From assembly GCA_965237805.1 (NCBI GenBank), contig OZ250153.1, positions 64,001 through 128,000 of the forward strand: a DNA stretch of 64,000 nucleotides. Reading direction: 5' to 3'. The position numbers were made by a program, and so were the translations under genes. The DNA comes from Gammaproteobacteria bacterium. GTDB lineage: Bacteria > Pseudomonadota > Gammaproteobacteria > JABABF01. Below are positions 9,622 to 20,100 of this stretch, in pieces; the first letter of the stretch is position 1; each line of letters begins with the position of its first letter. Under the pieces are notes generated by a model that was given only the letters and a program-made list of their open reading frames with translations, was not told the origin of the DNA and did not search any database.

Positions 9622-10083
9622 TTGAAGACTCTACTGCTGTTACTGGCGCTCGGCCTGTTGACTGCCCCGCTGATGGCTGCTTGGCCTTCTGCTGCTGAGC
9701 GCCGCCGGGGTGCCTTGCGGCGTTGTGCGATGCGACTCGGCCTGCGGGTGCGCTTGGCCGACATGCAGCAGACTGGTGCCACCGCTGCCAGCTACGATCG
9801 GGATATCGCCTACTCGCTGGTCTTGCCGCCGCGGGCAGGCGCTGCGGAGCAGGGGCGGCGGCGCTGGTTGCGCACCGGTGATACTTGGCAGGTGCAGGGG
9901 GGGGGAGCTGTCGATCGCTCCTCAGCGCAGCGCTTGGAGCGAGTGTTGGATGCATTGCCGCAGAGCGTCCACGCGGTTGAATGCGGCGTTGGAAACATCG
10001 CGGCCTATTGGCATGAGGAGGGCACTGAGGCAGATGTCGCGCGCATCGCCGAGGCCTTGCGCACGGCTCGTGGCATTTCCTAG
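9622..10083 (+). CDS. Hypothetical membrane-anchored protein
   Basis: N-terminal hydrophobic helix followed by 'LRRCAMRLGLRV'; fills the gap upstream of topA. Start uncertain. Confidence 0.55.
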   Translation: MKTLLLLLALGLLTAPLMAAWPSAAERRRGALRRCAMRLGLRVRLADMQQTGATAASYDRDIAYSLVLPPRAGAAEQGRRRWLRTGDTWQVQGGGAVDRSSAQRLERVLDALPQSVHAVECGVGNIAAYWHEEGTEADVARIAEALRTARGIS

Positions 10084-10144
10084 CCACCTGACCTTTGATG
10101 CAATATAGTCAATCTCAATCTTGTCGTTGGAGCACAACATCACG

Positions 10145-12937
10145 ATGAAAAAAGCCTTAGTGATTGTCGAATCCCCGGCCAAAGCTCGTTCCATCAGCCG
10201 TTATCTGGGTGACAACTATGTCGTCAGTTCCAGTGCCGGACATGTGCGCGATCTGCCGACTAGTAGCACGAAGGTGGCTGCTGGCAAGCGTGCTAAGGCC
10301 GGGGTCAAGAAGAAAGCGACCAGCACCCGCGATGCCGCGATGGAGCGCTTGGTGCGGCGCATGGGAATCGATCCAGACAAGGGTTGGAAGGCGCATTACG
10401 AAATCATTCCCGGCAAGGAAAAAATTGTCGCGCAGCTGCGCCGTTTGGCGGCCGATGCGGAGACGATTTACTTGGCGACTGACCGGGATCGAGAAGGAGA
10501 AGCCATCGCTTGGCATTTGCAGGAGTTGGTGCAGCGTTCCGATGAACAGCCCGGCAACAGTTCCGATAAACGCTATCTACGCGTGGTGTTTAACGAGATC
10601 ACGCAGCGGGCGGTACGCGCTGCTTTTGACGAACCCCAACAGCTCAATATGGATCGTGTGCAGGCGCAACAGGCGCGACGCTTTCTAGATCGCATTGTCG
10701 GCTTCATGATCTCGCCATTGTTGTGGCGCAAGGTCGCGCGCGGCTTGTCGGCCGGTCGCGTGCAATCGGTGGCGGTGCGTCTGCTGGTCGAGCGCGAGCG
10801 GGCGATTCGTGCTTTCTTGCCCGAGGAATTCTGGGAGCTCAGGGCGGATTGCGCCACTGACTCGGAGCAGGCGATCTGCTTGGCCGTGCGAGTGGCGGAC
10901 GGCACCAAATTCCGTCCATCCAGCGAGTCTGAAGTGTCGGCGGTGATGGCGGACTTGCAGCATAGCCAGCTCCGAGTGAGCGAATACAGTGGCAAATTGG
11001 TGCGCCAACGGCCCGGGCCGCCACTGATCACTTCGACATTGCAGCAAGCTGCCAGTAACCGGCTCGGCTTTGGTGTGCGCAAAACAATGACTGTGGCGCA
11101 ACGGCTCTATGAGGCGGGCTATATCACCTATATGCGTACCGACTCGACGCGGCTCAGCAACGATGCCATTGGCGACTGCCGAGAATACATCGCCGGGCGT
11201 TGGGGGGATCGCTATCTGCCGGACAAGCCACGTCGCTATGCCAGTGCCAAGAACGCGCAGGAAGCGCATGAGGCGATCCGCCCGACCGAGGTGTCACGCG
11301 AGGCGAGTGCACTGTCCGGCATGGATGCCGCTGCCTGCAAGCTCTATACATTGATTCGCGGCAGTTTTCTGGCTTGTCAAATGGTGCCGGCGGAATATCT
11401 GGCGACCACGGTGCGGGTGCTGGCCCAAGTATCGGAGTCACAGCGGCGGGTGGCCGCAGAGTACGAGCTCGGGGCCAGTGGTCGCACGCTGCGTTTTGAA
11501 GGTTTTCTGTGCGCCCTGCCCGCCGCGACCCAACAGCGCGATGCCGAGCCTGAGTTGCCAAGCTTGGTCGAGGGAGAAGTGCTGCGCTTGGTCGAGCTGT
11601 TACCAAGTCAACACTTCACGCGACCACCGCCGCGTTTTACCGAGGCCAGTTTGGTCAAAGAGCTCGAGCAGCTCGGTATCGGTCGTCCTTCGACCTATGC
11701 GAGCACGATTTCCACAATCCAAGAGCGCGGTTATGTGGTGCTCAAGGCGCGGCGCTTCCACGCCGAAAAAATTGCTGATATCGTCACGGATCGCCTGCTG
11801 GAATGCTTTGAAAATCTGATGGATTACGATTTTACCGCGACCATGGAGCGCGAATTGGATCGCGTGGCTGAGGGCGAGTTGTCATGGAGCAAACTGCTCG
11901 ATAATTTTTATACGGACTTCAAGCAAAAACTGGAGCTCGCTGAGCAAAGTGACGGCGGAATGCGCGCCAACGTGCCGACCACCACTGAATTGCTATGCCC
12001 GGACTGTGAGCGCAATATGCAGGTGCGCACCGCTTCCACTGGTATTTTCCTCGGTTGCTCCGGCTATGGTTTGCCCGAGGCAGAGCGTTGTCGAAAAACG
12101 ATCGATTTGCTGAGCGAGGATGATCTCGTCGCAGAACTCGCCGCAGTGGAAAAAGTGAGCAAAGCAACTGCGGGTGCAGATCTGGCAGAGCGATCAGCTC
12201 AGGTCAATAAAACCGAAGAGGACGACGAGACGCGTGAGGCGCGTCATCTGCGCGAGCGGCCACGTTGCCCGCGGTGTGACACAGCCACCGAGTGCTATGC
12301 CGTCGACGACACACGACGCCTGCTGCTCTGTGGTAATTATCCTGACTGTAGCGGTTCCATCGTCGAGCGAGGAGAGTTTCCTTTCCCCGGAACGATTGGC
12401 CCCACCCTGCTCTGCGATCGTTGTGGTGCCGATATGCATTTGCGCAACGGTCGCTTTGGACGTTTTTTCAGCTGCTCGATCGAGGACTGTAAGAACACCA
12501 GGAAAATCCTCAAAAACGGGGAGCCAGCACCGCCGAAAATGATTCCGGTGCCGATGCCTGAGCTGCGTTGTGATCAGGTGGATGACCACTTCGTGTTGCG
12601 CGATGGTGCGGCGGGGCTGTTTCTCGCCGCGAGCCGTTTCCCGAAAAATCGTGAGACGCGTGCGCCGTTTCTCGAAGAGTTGCTCGTGCATCGGGATGCG
12701 GTGGATCCCAAATATGCTTTTTTGTTTGAGGCTCCGGTCAATGACAGCGCCGGACAACCTTTTGCTGTGCGTTTTAGCCGCAAAGACAATGCCCAGTATC
12801 TGAGTAGCGATGGTGCCCGCGGGCGTTTTAAAGCGACCTATAGCGATGGTCGTTGGAGTGAACAAAAAGACAGTTCGCCGCGCCGTCCCAAGCGACGCGC
12901 TGCGACTGGCAAACGCGTCTCGCGCAGCGTCAGCTGA
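10145..12937 (+). CDS. topA: DNA topoisomerase I
   Basis: 'LVIVESPAKA', 'ATDRDREGE', 'SAGRVQS', catalytic 'ITYMRTDS', C-terminal Zn ribbons. Confidence 0.97.
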   Translation: MKKALVIVESPAKARSISRYLGDNYVVSSSAGHVRDLPTSSTKVAAGKRAKAGVKKKATSTRDAAMERLVRRMGIDPDKGWKAHYEIIPGKEKIVAQLRRLAADAETIYLATDRDREGEAIAWHLQELVQRSDEQPGNSSDKRYLRVVFNEITQRAVRAAFDEPQQLNMDRVQAQQARRFLDRIVGFMISPLLWRKVARGLSAGRVQSVAVRLLVERERAIRAFLPEEFWELRADCATDSEQAICLAVRVADGTKFRPSSESEVSAVMADLQHSQLRVSEYSGKLVRQRPGPPLITSTLQQAASNRLGFGVRKTMTVAQRLYEAGYITYMRTDSTRLSNDAIGDCREYIAGRWGDRYLPDKPRRYASAKNAQEAHEAIRPTEVSREASALSGMDAAACKLYTLIRGSFLACQMVPAEYLATTVRVLAQVSESQRRVAAEYELGASGRTLRFEGFLCALPAATQQRDAEPELPSLVEGEVLRLVELLPSQHFTRPPPRFTEASLVKELEQLGIGRPSTYASTISTIQERGYVVLKARRFHAEKIADIVTDRLLECFENLMDYDFTATMERELDRVAEGELSWSKLLDNFYTDFKQKLELAEQSDGGMRANVPTTTELLCPDCERNMQVRTASTGIFLGCSGYGLPEAERCRKTIDLLSEDDLVAELAAVEKVSKATAGADLAERSAQVNKTEEDDETREARHLRERPRCPRCDTATECYAVDDTRRLLLCGNYPDCSGSIVERGEFPFPGTIGPTLLCDRCGADMHLRNGRFGRFFSCSIEDCKNTRKILKNGEPAPPKMIPVPMPELRCDQVDDHFVLRDGAAGLFLAASRFPKNRETRAPFLEELLVHRDAVDPKYAFLFEAPVNDSAGQPFAVRFSRKDNAQYLSSDGARGRFKATYSDGRWSEQKDSSPRRPKRRAATGKRVSRSVS

Positions 12938-12948
12938 TGCGGTGACCG

Positions 12949-13356
12949 ATGTCAAACACGCCTCAAGTCGCAGACGCCCGCTTGGGCAGTGCTCGGTTGC
13001 TGTTGGAGTTGGCGCAAGAAATAGGCGATGGTAGCGGGGCATTGCGCGAGTCTGCCACCTTGCAACTGGGATTGGCCTATCGCTTGCTATTGGTGGAATT
13101 GGCACCGGCGGGTGTGGGCGTGGATAGGCCTTTTTTCAATGCGACCGAATTGCGGGCCACGATGCCGTCCGAGTCGTTGATTCCATTGCGCTTAGAGCGC
13201 TTGGAACGCAGTGGTTGGTTGGAGGAATTATTGTGCGAGGAGCGTGCACTCAGCGATGCGAGCGAGTTGCCGCCACCCTTGGTACGTTGCCATCTGTGGC
13301 ACAGCGAGTTAGCGCAGCTGCTGAGCGCGTTGCGGGCTGAGTGCGCGGAATATTGA
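12949..13356 (+). CDS. Hypothetical protein downstream of topA
   Basis: 135-aa helical ORF co-directional with topA. Small conserved hypotheticals occupy this position in pseudomonads. Confidence 0.6.
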   Translation: MSNTPQVADARLGSARLLLELAQEIGDGSGALRESATLQLGLAYRLLLVELAPAGVGVDRPFFNATELRATMPSESLIPLRLERLERSGWLEELLCEERALSDASELPPPLVRCHLWHSELAQLLSALRAECAEY

Positions 13357-13435
13357 TCGCCGAAGCTCACAATAGTGCTATACTGCTATTCATTCGTGCT
13401 ACGTTCTTCTTTTAATCCCAAAAGGAGCTATCGCC

Positions 13436-13789
13436 ATGCAGATGTATTCTGAATTGGAACTGGTCGAGCTGGATGACGGCGAGATCGTCCTGCGCCAAGC
13501 ACATCGCCGAGTCGGCGATGCCAAGTTAGTGCGCGGCGCAGACGCGGACACGGACACTGTGTCGACAGATACGACTGCCGAGGCACCGATGTTGCGTCTG
13601 CGTTTTTCCGATGAATCGATGGCACAGCTGCACGGCTTGCAGCTGGATATCGCCCACCATATGGTGATGGCTGGCATTCAGCGCTACAACCAGCTCATGG
13701 CCGATTCCATGCAAGCTCTGGATGTGTCTAAATCGGAAGCGGATATGGAACTGCCAGCCGCCAGTGTGCCGCGCCGTTTATTGCACTGA
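13436..13789 (+). CDS. Small acidic conserved hypothetical protein
   Basis: AAGGAG RBS; 'ELVELDDGEIVLR...LRFSDES...IAHHMVMAGIQ'. TGc-TATACT extended -10 at 13379-13384. Confidence 0.7.
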   Translation: MQMYSELELVELDDGEIVLRQAHRRVGDAKLVRGADADTDTVSTDTTAEAPMLRLRFSDESMAQLHGLQLDIAHHMVMAGIQRYNQLMADSMQALDVSKSEADMELPAASVPRRLLH

Positions 13790-13880
13790 CAGTCCTTGAC
13801 TCCCGTGATGGGATAGGTCGCGGTGCCGACCGGTTGATGTGGCTTGAGTCAATATCTTAGGAGCTCGCCACAGCTGGCGC

Positions 13881-14900
13881 TTAGGGCTCGCTGGATTCGT
13901 TCTCTAGCGGGGAGACTTTGATCAGCAGACCAAAGGCTGGATGATCGAGAAAATGCAGGCTGTTGGGCTGCATTTTGCGATGTTGGCGCATGCGCACTAG
14001 GGGACGTGCCGACACGGCGGTCGCCTGTATCTGTCGCAACACATTGGACAAGCCGTCCTCAGCTGGATCGTTGCCGTCGCCCGGTTGTCCGGCAATGATT
14101 GGGTCGCGGCTGAGGGCGGCAGGCAACACTGGTAAGAGCGAGAGGACCCGCGCCTTTTTGCCGTGGCCGCGCCGTAGGCGTCGCTCGTCCTCCAGCCATA
14201 GGTCCGCATCCAAGTGCAGGTGGCGGCTGATACTGAGCTGGAGGTGACCGGACAACTCACCACGCGGCCCGAGATCCGGACGCCCCCCTTCGATCAGCAC
14301 CGACTGTGCTTCCTGCCGGCTGTGGATCGGTTGCACCCACGCTTCGTGAAACAGGACGCGATAGCCGTTGTGGTCTTGCCGTAAATTGCGGTCGGCGACG
14401 CTCAGCTGCCATTGGTCGACCGGTAGCAGTTGGTAGGCGGTAGGCAGCCCGTCTGCCGCTGCGGGTGGCCGGGCCTTGCTCTGGCTCGTGCGGTTTGCCG
14501 TCTCGGGGACTGCGGCCGCAATGCCATCGACCGCTGGCACCGCCGGTGTCTCCCACCACTGGGGAGCGGGCGTGGTGCTGTCGTCGACAATAGGAGCATT
14601 GTCCAGCTCCCAGACATCGGCCAAGTTGGCGGGGGCATCGCCGCCGCTGTAGGAGGCGATGTCCTCCTCCGGCGATGTCAGGCGCACGAGTCGCGATGGA
14701 TAGCTCAATTCCTGAGTGTAGAACAGCTCGTCGTTGGCGGCTTCTGGCTCCAGCCTCTCATTGGCAAAAACCAGCAGTTCCACATGGTACCATTCCGGTA
14801 CCGCCGCGCCATCCTGAGCTTGCACTGTGGTGGTGATGGCCAGCGACACCACCAGCGAGGCAGTGAGCGGCAGCTGGCGGCATAGGGCGAGCAAAGGCAT
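13881..14900 (-). CDS. CsiV-family periplasmic peptidoglycan-binding protein
   Basis: Signal peptide, 'WYHVELLVF', 'YRVLFHEAWVQP', 'RHLHLDADLW', C-terminal 'HFLDHPAFGLLI'. Confidence 0.8.
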   Translation of the reverse strand: MPLLALCRQLPLTASLVVSLAITTTVQAQDGAAVPEWYHVELLVFANERLEPEAANDELFYTQELSYPSRLVRLTSPEEDIASYSGGDAPANLADVWELDNAPIVDDSTTPAPQWWETPAVPAVDGIAAAVPETANRTSQSKARPPAAADGLPTAYQLLPVDQWQLSVADRNLRQDHNGYRVLFHEAWVQPIHSRQEAQSVLIEGGRPDLGPRGELSGHLQLSISRHLHLDADLWLEDERRLRRGHGKKARVLSLLPVLPAALSRDPIIAGQPGDGNDPAEDGLSNVLRQIQATAVSARPLVRMRQHRKMQPNSLHFLDHPAFGLLIKVSPLENESSEP

Positions 14901-14951
14901 GGTATCGTGTGATGTCTGCCAGTCTGTTCGATCGACCAGCTGGATGTCGTC

Positions 14952-14981
14952 ATTGTAGCCAACATGTGATGCCTCTAGAAT
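14952..14981. promoter_or_regulatory. Putative divergent -10 elements (csiV-like gene / exeA)
   Basis: Minus-strand TACAAT at 14952-14957 and plus-strand TAGAAT at 14976-14981. Confidence 0.4.
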
Positions 14982-14987
14982 AGAACG

Positions 14988-16589
14988 ATGTACCGCGACT
15001 ACTTTGGTCTCAGTGGCGTGCCGTTCTCGATTGCACCGGATCCGCGCTATCTGTACATGAGTTCCGGCCATCGGGAAGCCTTGGCGCATTTGTTGTACGG
15101 GACGCAGGGCGGTGGTTTCGTCATGCTCAGCGGCGCAGTGGGGACGGGGAAGACCACAGTTTGCCGTTGCTTTCTCGAGCAGTTGCCAGAGCATTGCGAT
15201 GTCGCGCTGATCCTCAATCCGCTCCTGACCGCAGTCGAATTGCTCGCCGCCGTGCGCGATGAGCTCGGTGCCGGGAGGGTAGCTGAGGAGAACAGCCCAC
15301 GCTTGCTGGTCGACAGCATCAACCAACATCTGTTGAGAGCCCACGCCCGCGGTCGCACCACCTTGCTACTGATCGACGAGGCTCAGAACTTGCGGCTCGA
15401 TGTGCTGGAGCAATTGCGCTTGTTGACCAATCTTGAGACCAACGAAAAAAAATTGCTGCAGATATTGCTGGTTGGACAACCCGAGCTGCAGACCATGCTG
15501 TCCGGACCAGCGATGCGTCAAGTGGCTCAGCGCATCACCGCCCGCTACCACCTGTGCGCACTGCCAGCGAGAGAAGTGGGTCACTATGTCAGCCATCGCC
15601 TGCAGGTTGCCGGTTGCCACCGTCCATTGTTCAGCGCCGCTGCGCTGCGTCGGCTGGCTCGGCTCAGTGGCGGTGTGCCACGCCTGATCAATGTGATCTG
15701 TGACCGCGCCTTGCTGGCCGCCTATTCGGAACGTGTGGACCACGTCAATGAGCCGTTGCTGCGCCGCGCTGCAACGGAAGTGTTGCCGCCGAGCCCACTG
15801 TCGGCATTGCGGTGGCCGCGCTGGGGCGCGGTGGCGACCCTCATTGCCTGCGCCATCAGTTTGGCTTGGTTTGCTGGGCAGAGAATCGATGGTGGGCAAC
15901 TGGTGGCGACGCCGGACAGTGTGCCGATCCCGCCCCTCGCCGTCACTGAATTGGTCACGGCATCGGCGGCAGCGGTGGAGGCCAGCCGCAGCACAGCTTA
16001 CAGCCAGCTATTCGCTTTGTGGGGGCTAGACTATCAAGAGCAGCGCGACGGTGCGCCATGTGATTACGCGCGGCATCATGCGTTGCGTTGCCTCTCGGGT
16101 GTTGGCGGCTTCGACGAGTTGCGCCACGCTGACCGGCCAGCCGTGTTGCGTTCCTTCTCATGGCAGGGGCAGGGTGGGCTCTACGCACTGTGGGAGGGGC
16201 TGGACGAGCACGGGGTCTCGCTACAGGTGGGTAATCGCTCATGGCGGCTCGACATGGAGCGGGCCAAGCGCGTGTTGCGCCGCGATTGGGGCGGGGAGTA
16301 CAGTTTGCTCTGGCGACCGCCGGAGGTTTACCGTGGCACTCTGAACCACGGTGGCGAGGGGCCACTGGTGACTTGGCTCGCACACCAGCGCGCACTACTT
16401 GAAGGCGGTGCCAGCGTGATGCCAGAACGCCTCGAGGGTGAATTGCTGGTATGGGCGCGCCAATTGCAGTCGCAAATTGGCCATGGAGATGACCACGCTA
16501 TCGGTCCTGAAGTGTTGATTCATCTCAACAATATGATCGGAACTGAAGCGCCGAGACTGCGGGAGTGGTCACCAGTGGCGGCACCGTAG
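14988..16589 (+). CDS. ExeA/GspA family AAA ATPase with TM segment and periplasmic domain
   Basis: 'PFSIAPDPRYLY', Walker A 'GAVGTGKT', Walker B 'LIDEAQNL', 'GQPEL', 'GVPRLINVICDRALL'. Confidence 0.88.
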   Translation: MYRDYFGLSGVPFSIAPDPRYLYMSSGHREALAHLLYGTQGGGFVMLSGAVGTGKTTVCRCFLEQLPEHCDVALILNPLLTAVELLAAVRDELGAGRVAEENSPRLLVDSINQHLLRAHARGRTTLLLIDEAQNLRLDVLEQLRLLTNLETNEKKLLQILLVGQPELQTMLSGPAMRQVAQRITARYHLCALPAREVGHYVSHRLQVAGCHRPLFSAAALRRLARLSGGVPRLINVICDRALLAAYSERVDHVNEPLLRRAATEVLPPSPLSALRWPRWGAVATLIACAISLAWFAGQRIDGGQLVATPDSVPIPPLAVTELVTASAAAVEASRSTAYSQLFALWGLDYQEQRDGAPCDYARHHALRCLSGVGGFDELRHADRPAVLRSFSWQGQGGLYALWEGLDEHGVSLQVGNRSWRLDMERAKRVLRRDWGGEYSLLWRPPEVYRGTLNHGGEGPLVTWLAHQRALLEGGASVMPERLEGELLVWARQLQSQIGHGDDHAIGPEVLIHLNNMIGTEAPRLREWSPVAAP

Positions 16590-16592
16590 TCG

Positions 16593-17126
16593 ATGTCGTA
16601 CATACTTGATGCCCTGCAGCGCTCCGAGCATGAGCGGCAGCGCGGCGAGCCCCCGTCGATTCATAGCCCGAAGATCAGTCTGCCGAGGCCGGTGCGGGCG
16701 GTGTGGCCTTGGTTGGCGGCCGCCGTGCTGCTGCTCAATCTCACAGTGCTGATCGTCTGGTTTTACCGTGAGCGTTCGGCTCCGCCGCCCCCGGCACCCA
16801 TTGCCGACATCGCGCTACCCGAGCTGACGGTGCCGACACCGCAGCCAGTATCAGCACCAGCGCCGTTGGCGACGCATGCCGTCGGCGGTGCGGTGTTGGA
16901 GATCGCCGAGCTGCCCACCCGCATCCAGCAGTCGCTACCAGCTATCTCGCTGAGCGCCCATATCCATGTTGCCCGCAAACCGGCTCGCAGCTTTGTTGTC
17001 ATCAACGGTATCAAGCTGCGTGAAGGGGAGGCTGTGGACGGCTTGAGCGTGGAGCAGATCAAGCGAGCAGAATTAATCCTCAACTACCGTCAATACCATT
17101 TCAGATTTCCGGTCGATCTCGAGTGA
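16593..17126 (+). CDS. GspB/ExeB family protein
   Basis: 'MSYILDALQRSEHER' N-terminus, TM helix, Pro-rich linker, 'SAHIH...FVVING..LREG'. Confidence 0.85.
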   Translation: MSYILDALQRSEHERQRGEPPSIHSPKISLPRPVRAVWPWLAAAVLLLNLTVLIVWFYRERSAPPPPAPIADIALPELTVPTPQPVSAPAPLATHAVGGAVLEIAELPTRIQQSLPAISLSAHIHVARKPARSFVVINGIKLREGEAVDGLSVEQIKRAELILNYRQYHFRFPVDLE

Positions 17127-17172
17127 GGGATTGCCGCTGTACCCGTCCGCTACGCGGTGATTAAAATCGCAT

Positions 17173-20100
17173 TTAGCTCGGTGTGACAGCTCTTTCCAGC
17201 GCCGCTGTGACTTGTTCCAGCAAGGCGTGGCGCTCGCTTTCTGTGGCCAGTGACCCAGCGTAGCGCAGCGCGTCGCCATCCCAGTGCCAAGCTGGCGGTG
17301 GCGGCAAAGCTGGTGCGCTGTCCGCTGCCGTTTTGGCACGGCAGTAGAGCGCTGCACCGCGCTCGTGTGCTTCGAGTCGGCACAGGCTCAGACGGCGCGC
17401 GCGTTGAGCCAAGACGGCTTGGCGCAACAGCTGGTGTGCCGCTTGGGGCAAGGCGCCGAAGCGGTCAAATAATTCGGCCTCCAAGGTCTGCAAGGTGGCC
17501 TCGTCCTCAGCGGCATCGATACGGCGGTACAAGACCAAACGCTGGTTGACATCCCCGACATAGCTCGCTGGCAACAGGGCGGGGACACCCAATGACACAG
17601 TGACTGGTGGCGGCGGTGGTGGCTCGCCGCGCAATTCTCGTACCGCCCGTTCCAGCAGATCGGTGTAGAGGCCGGGACTGATCACATCCTCCTCGCCACT
17701 TTGGCGCAGACCCAATAATTCACCGCCACCACGCAATTCCAGATCGCGGCGCGCCAGCACGAAGCCAGCACCAAACGCTCGGGTGTCACGCACCGCAGCC
17801 ATGCGCAACAGGGCGGTGGGGCGCATCAGATCGGGGTCGGAGGGAATCAGAAAATAGGCGTGCGCCTGACGCTGGGCGCGACCGACTCTGCCGCGCAGCT
17901 GGTGCAGCTGAGCCAAGCCGAACTGGTCGGCGCGTTCGATGATGATGGTGTTGGCGTTGGGCACATCGAGGCCGCTCTCAATAATCGTTGTGCAGACCAG
18001 CACATTGCAACGACACTGGTAAAACGCGTCCATTACCGAACGCAGCTCGGCGCTCCCCATGCCGCCGTGCACGATGCGTATGGTCGCCTCGTCGTGTATT
18101 TTTCCCAGCTCGCGCGCGCTGCGATTGAGGCGCGAGATTTTATTCTGCACATAATAAACTTGGCCGCCACGTTGCAATTCACGTTGCAGCGCGTCTCTGA
18201 TGGTTCCATGATCCCACGGTGTCACCAGTGTGCGCACCGGTAGCCGTCCCTCTGGAGCGGTGGCGATGACCGACAGGTCGCGCAGTCCGGACAGTGCGAC
18301 ATGCAGCGTGCGTGGAATCGGTGTTGCCGTCAGCGACAGCACATCCACCGCCGCACGCAGTTCCTTGAAGCGCTCTTTGTGGCGTAGGCCAAAGCGCTGT
18401 TCCTCATCGATGATCACCAAGCCGAGCTGATGGAAGCGCACATCCTGTTGCAATAGGCGGTGTGTGCCGATGACGATATCCAACTGGCCGGTGCCGAGCT
18501 CGTCCAGCAGCTGGCCTGTCTCACTCGCCGTGTTCAGACGCGACAGTACGCCGACCCGGACTGGCCAATCGGCAAAGCGTTCGCGGACAGTGGCGGCATG
18601 CTGTTCGGCGAGTATCGTCGTCGGCGTCAGCAGCGCGACTTGGGCACCGCTGTACACGGTGATGAAGGCGGCGCGTAGCGCCACCTCCGTTTTGCCCAAG
18701 CCGACATCGCCGCAGATCAGGCGATCCATCGGTCGATTGCGCGACATATCTTCCAACACGGCCGCTATGGCAGCCGTTTGGTCGGCGGTCTCCATGAAAG
18801 GGAAGCCAGCGGCAAAATGTTGGTAGTCTTGTGCTGGCACCAGTCGTGGCTCGCGGTGCAGCTGTTGGCGGCGCGCCTGCATGGCGAGCAGAGCTGCGGC
18901 CACATCGCCAGCGCGGCGCGCAGCGCGGCGCACGGCTCGTTGCCAGCGCCGCCCGCCCAATCGGTGCAGCTCGGGCTCGACTGTAGCGTCTGCGGCGGTG
19001 ATGTGGCCGCGCACCAGTGACAGATCGCCGACTGGCACATAGAGGCGTGCGGAACCAGCATATTCCAGCATCAGAAAATCGTTGTCAATATCATCGATAC
19101 ACATGGTTTCCAAGCCCAGATAACGACCGAGGCCGTGGTCTTCGTGCACGACCAGATCGCCAACTTTCAGCTCGGATAAATCGCGCACTGCCAGCCCCAG
19201 CGCTAAGCCCCCCCGGCTGGTCTGCGCCCGGCGGCGCAGCGTCTCAGCCGGGTGCAAAGCGGATTCGCTCAGCAAGCTGATGGCCGGTTCGCTCAGCTCA
19301 AAGCTGCGTTCCAGCGGTGCCACGGCCAGCTGGCAGGGGGCTTCGCTGCGCAGGAACTCCGGCCAGCTGTCGATTGGCTGGGCCGCCATGCCAGCGTTCT
19401 GTAATTGTTCACGTAGTATTTCACGGCGGCCTTGGCTGGTGGCTGTCAGCAATAGGCGGTGTCCGTCCCGATGCGCGCTACCTGCACCCAGCGCTCGCAG
19501 TCGCGCACTGGTGTCGCCGGGCGGTATTGCCGGCAGCTGCGCGGCACAATCGAACTTGGCGTTGTCGGTTTCCTGCGATAGCTGCAGTTGGGGCATGCCT
19601 TTGCTGCGCCGTTTCAGCTCGGTGGCATCCAAGAATAGGATGGAGGGGTTCAGCGGTGGCCGTGCGCTGTCTTCGATGCAGTCCCGATGGCGTCTGTGTG
19701 CTGTGCGTTCAAACGCCGTTGCCGCCTCGGCTATATCGCCACAGGCAATCAGCAAGCTGCCGGTGGGTAGGTAGTCGAATAGCGTGTCGGTGTGTGGGAA
19801 AAATAGCGGGGCATAGTATTCGGCACCGATCGCATCGCGCCCGGCGGCGAGATCTCGGTACAGCGGGCTGGCTTGGGGCGGCAGATCGAAATGTTGGTGC
19901 CAGCTGTCCAAAAAATGCTCGATGCCAGCCTCATCCATGCGGTACTCGCGCACCGGGGCTAGCCGCACGCCTTCAGCGCGGGACACGGTGCGCTGGCTGT
20001 CAGGATCAAAATAGCGCAGGCTATCGATCTGCTCATCGCACAGCTCGATGCGCAGCGGGTGCTTGCTACTGGCAGGGTAGAGATCCAATAGCGCCCCGCG

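Noticed and set aside
8696-10087. 463-aa N-terminally extended TatD, and similar extensions of mltG, GH84, csiV-like, kdsB and purB ORFs
   Set aside because: The extensions overlap neighbouring genes and lack homology-like content; they are artefacts of longest-ORF calling in GC-rich DNA.
12194-13105. Long antisense or alternate-frame ORFs (also 19317-20273, 28796-29689, 48997-49905)
   Set aside because: Arg/Ala/Pro-rich shadows of well-supported genes with no recognisable motifs.
13371-13400. Possible LexA box downstream of topA
   Set aside because: No CTGT-N8-ACAG palindrome; the sequence fits an extended -10 element better.
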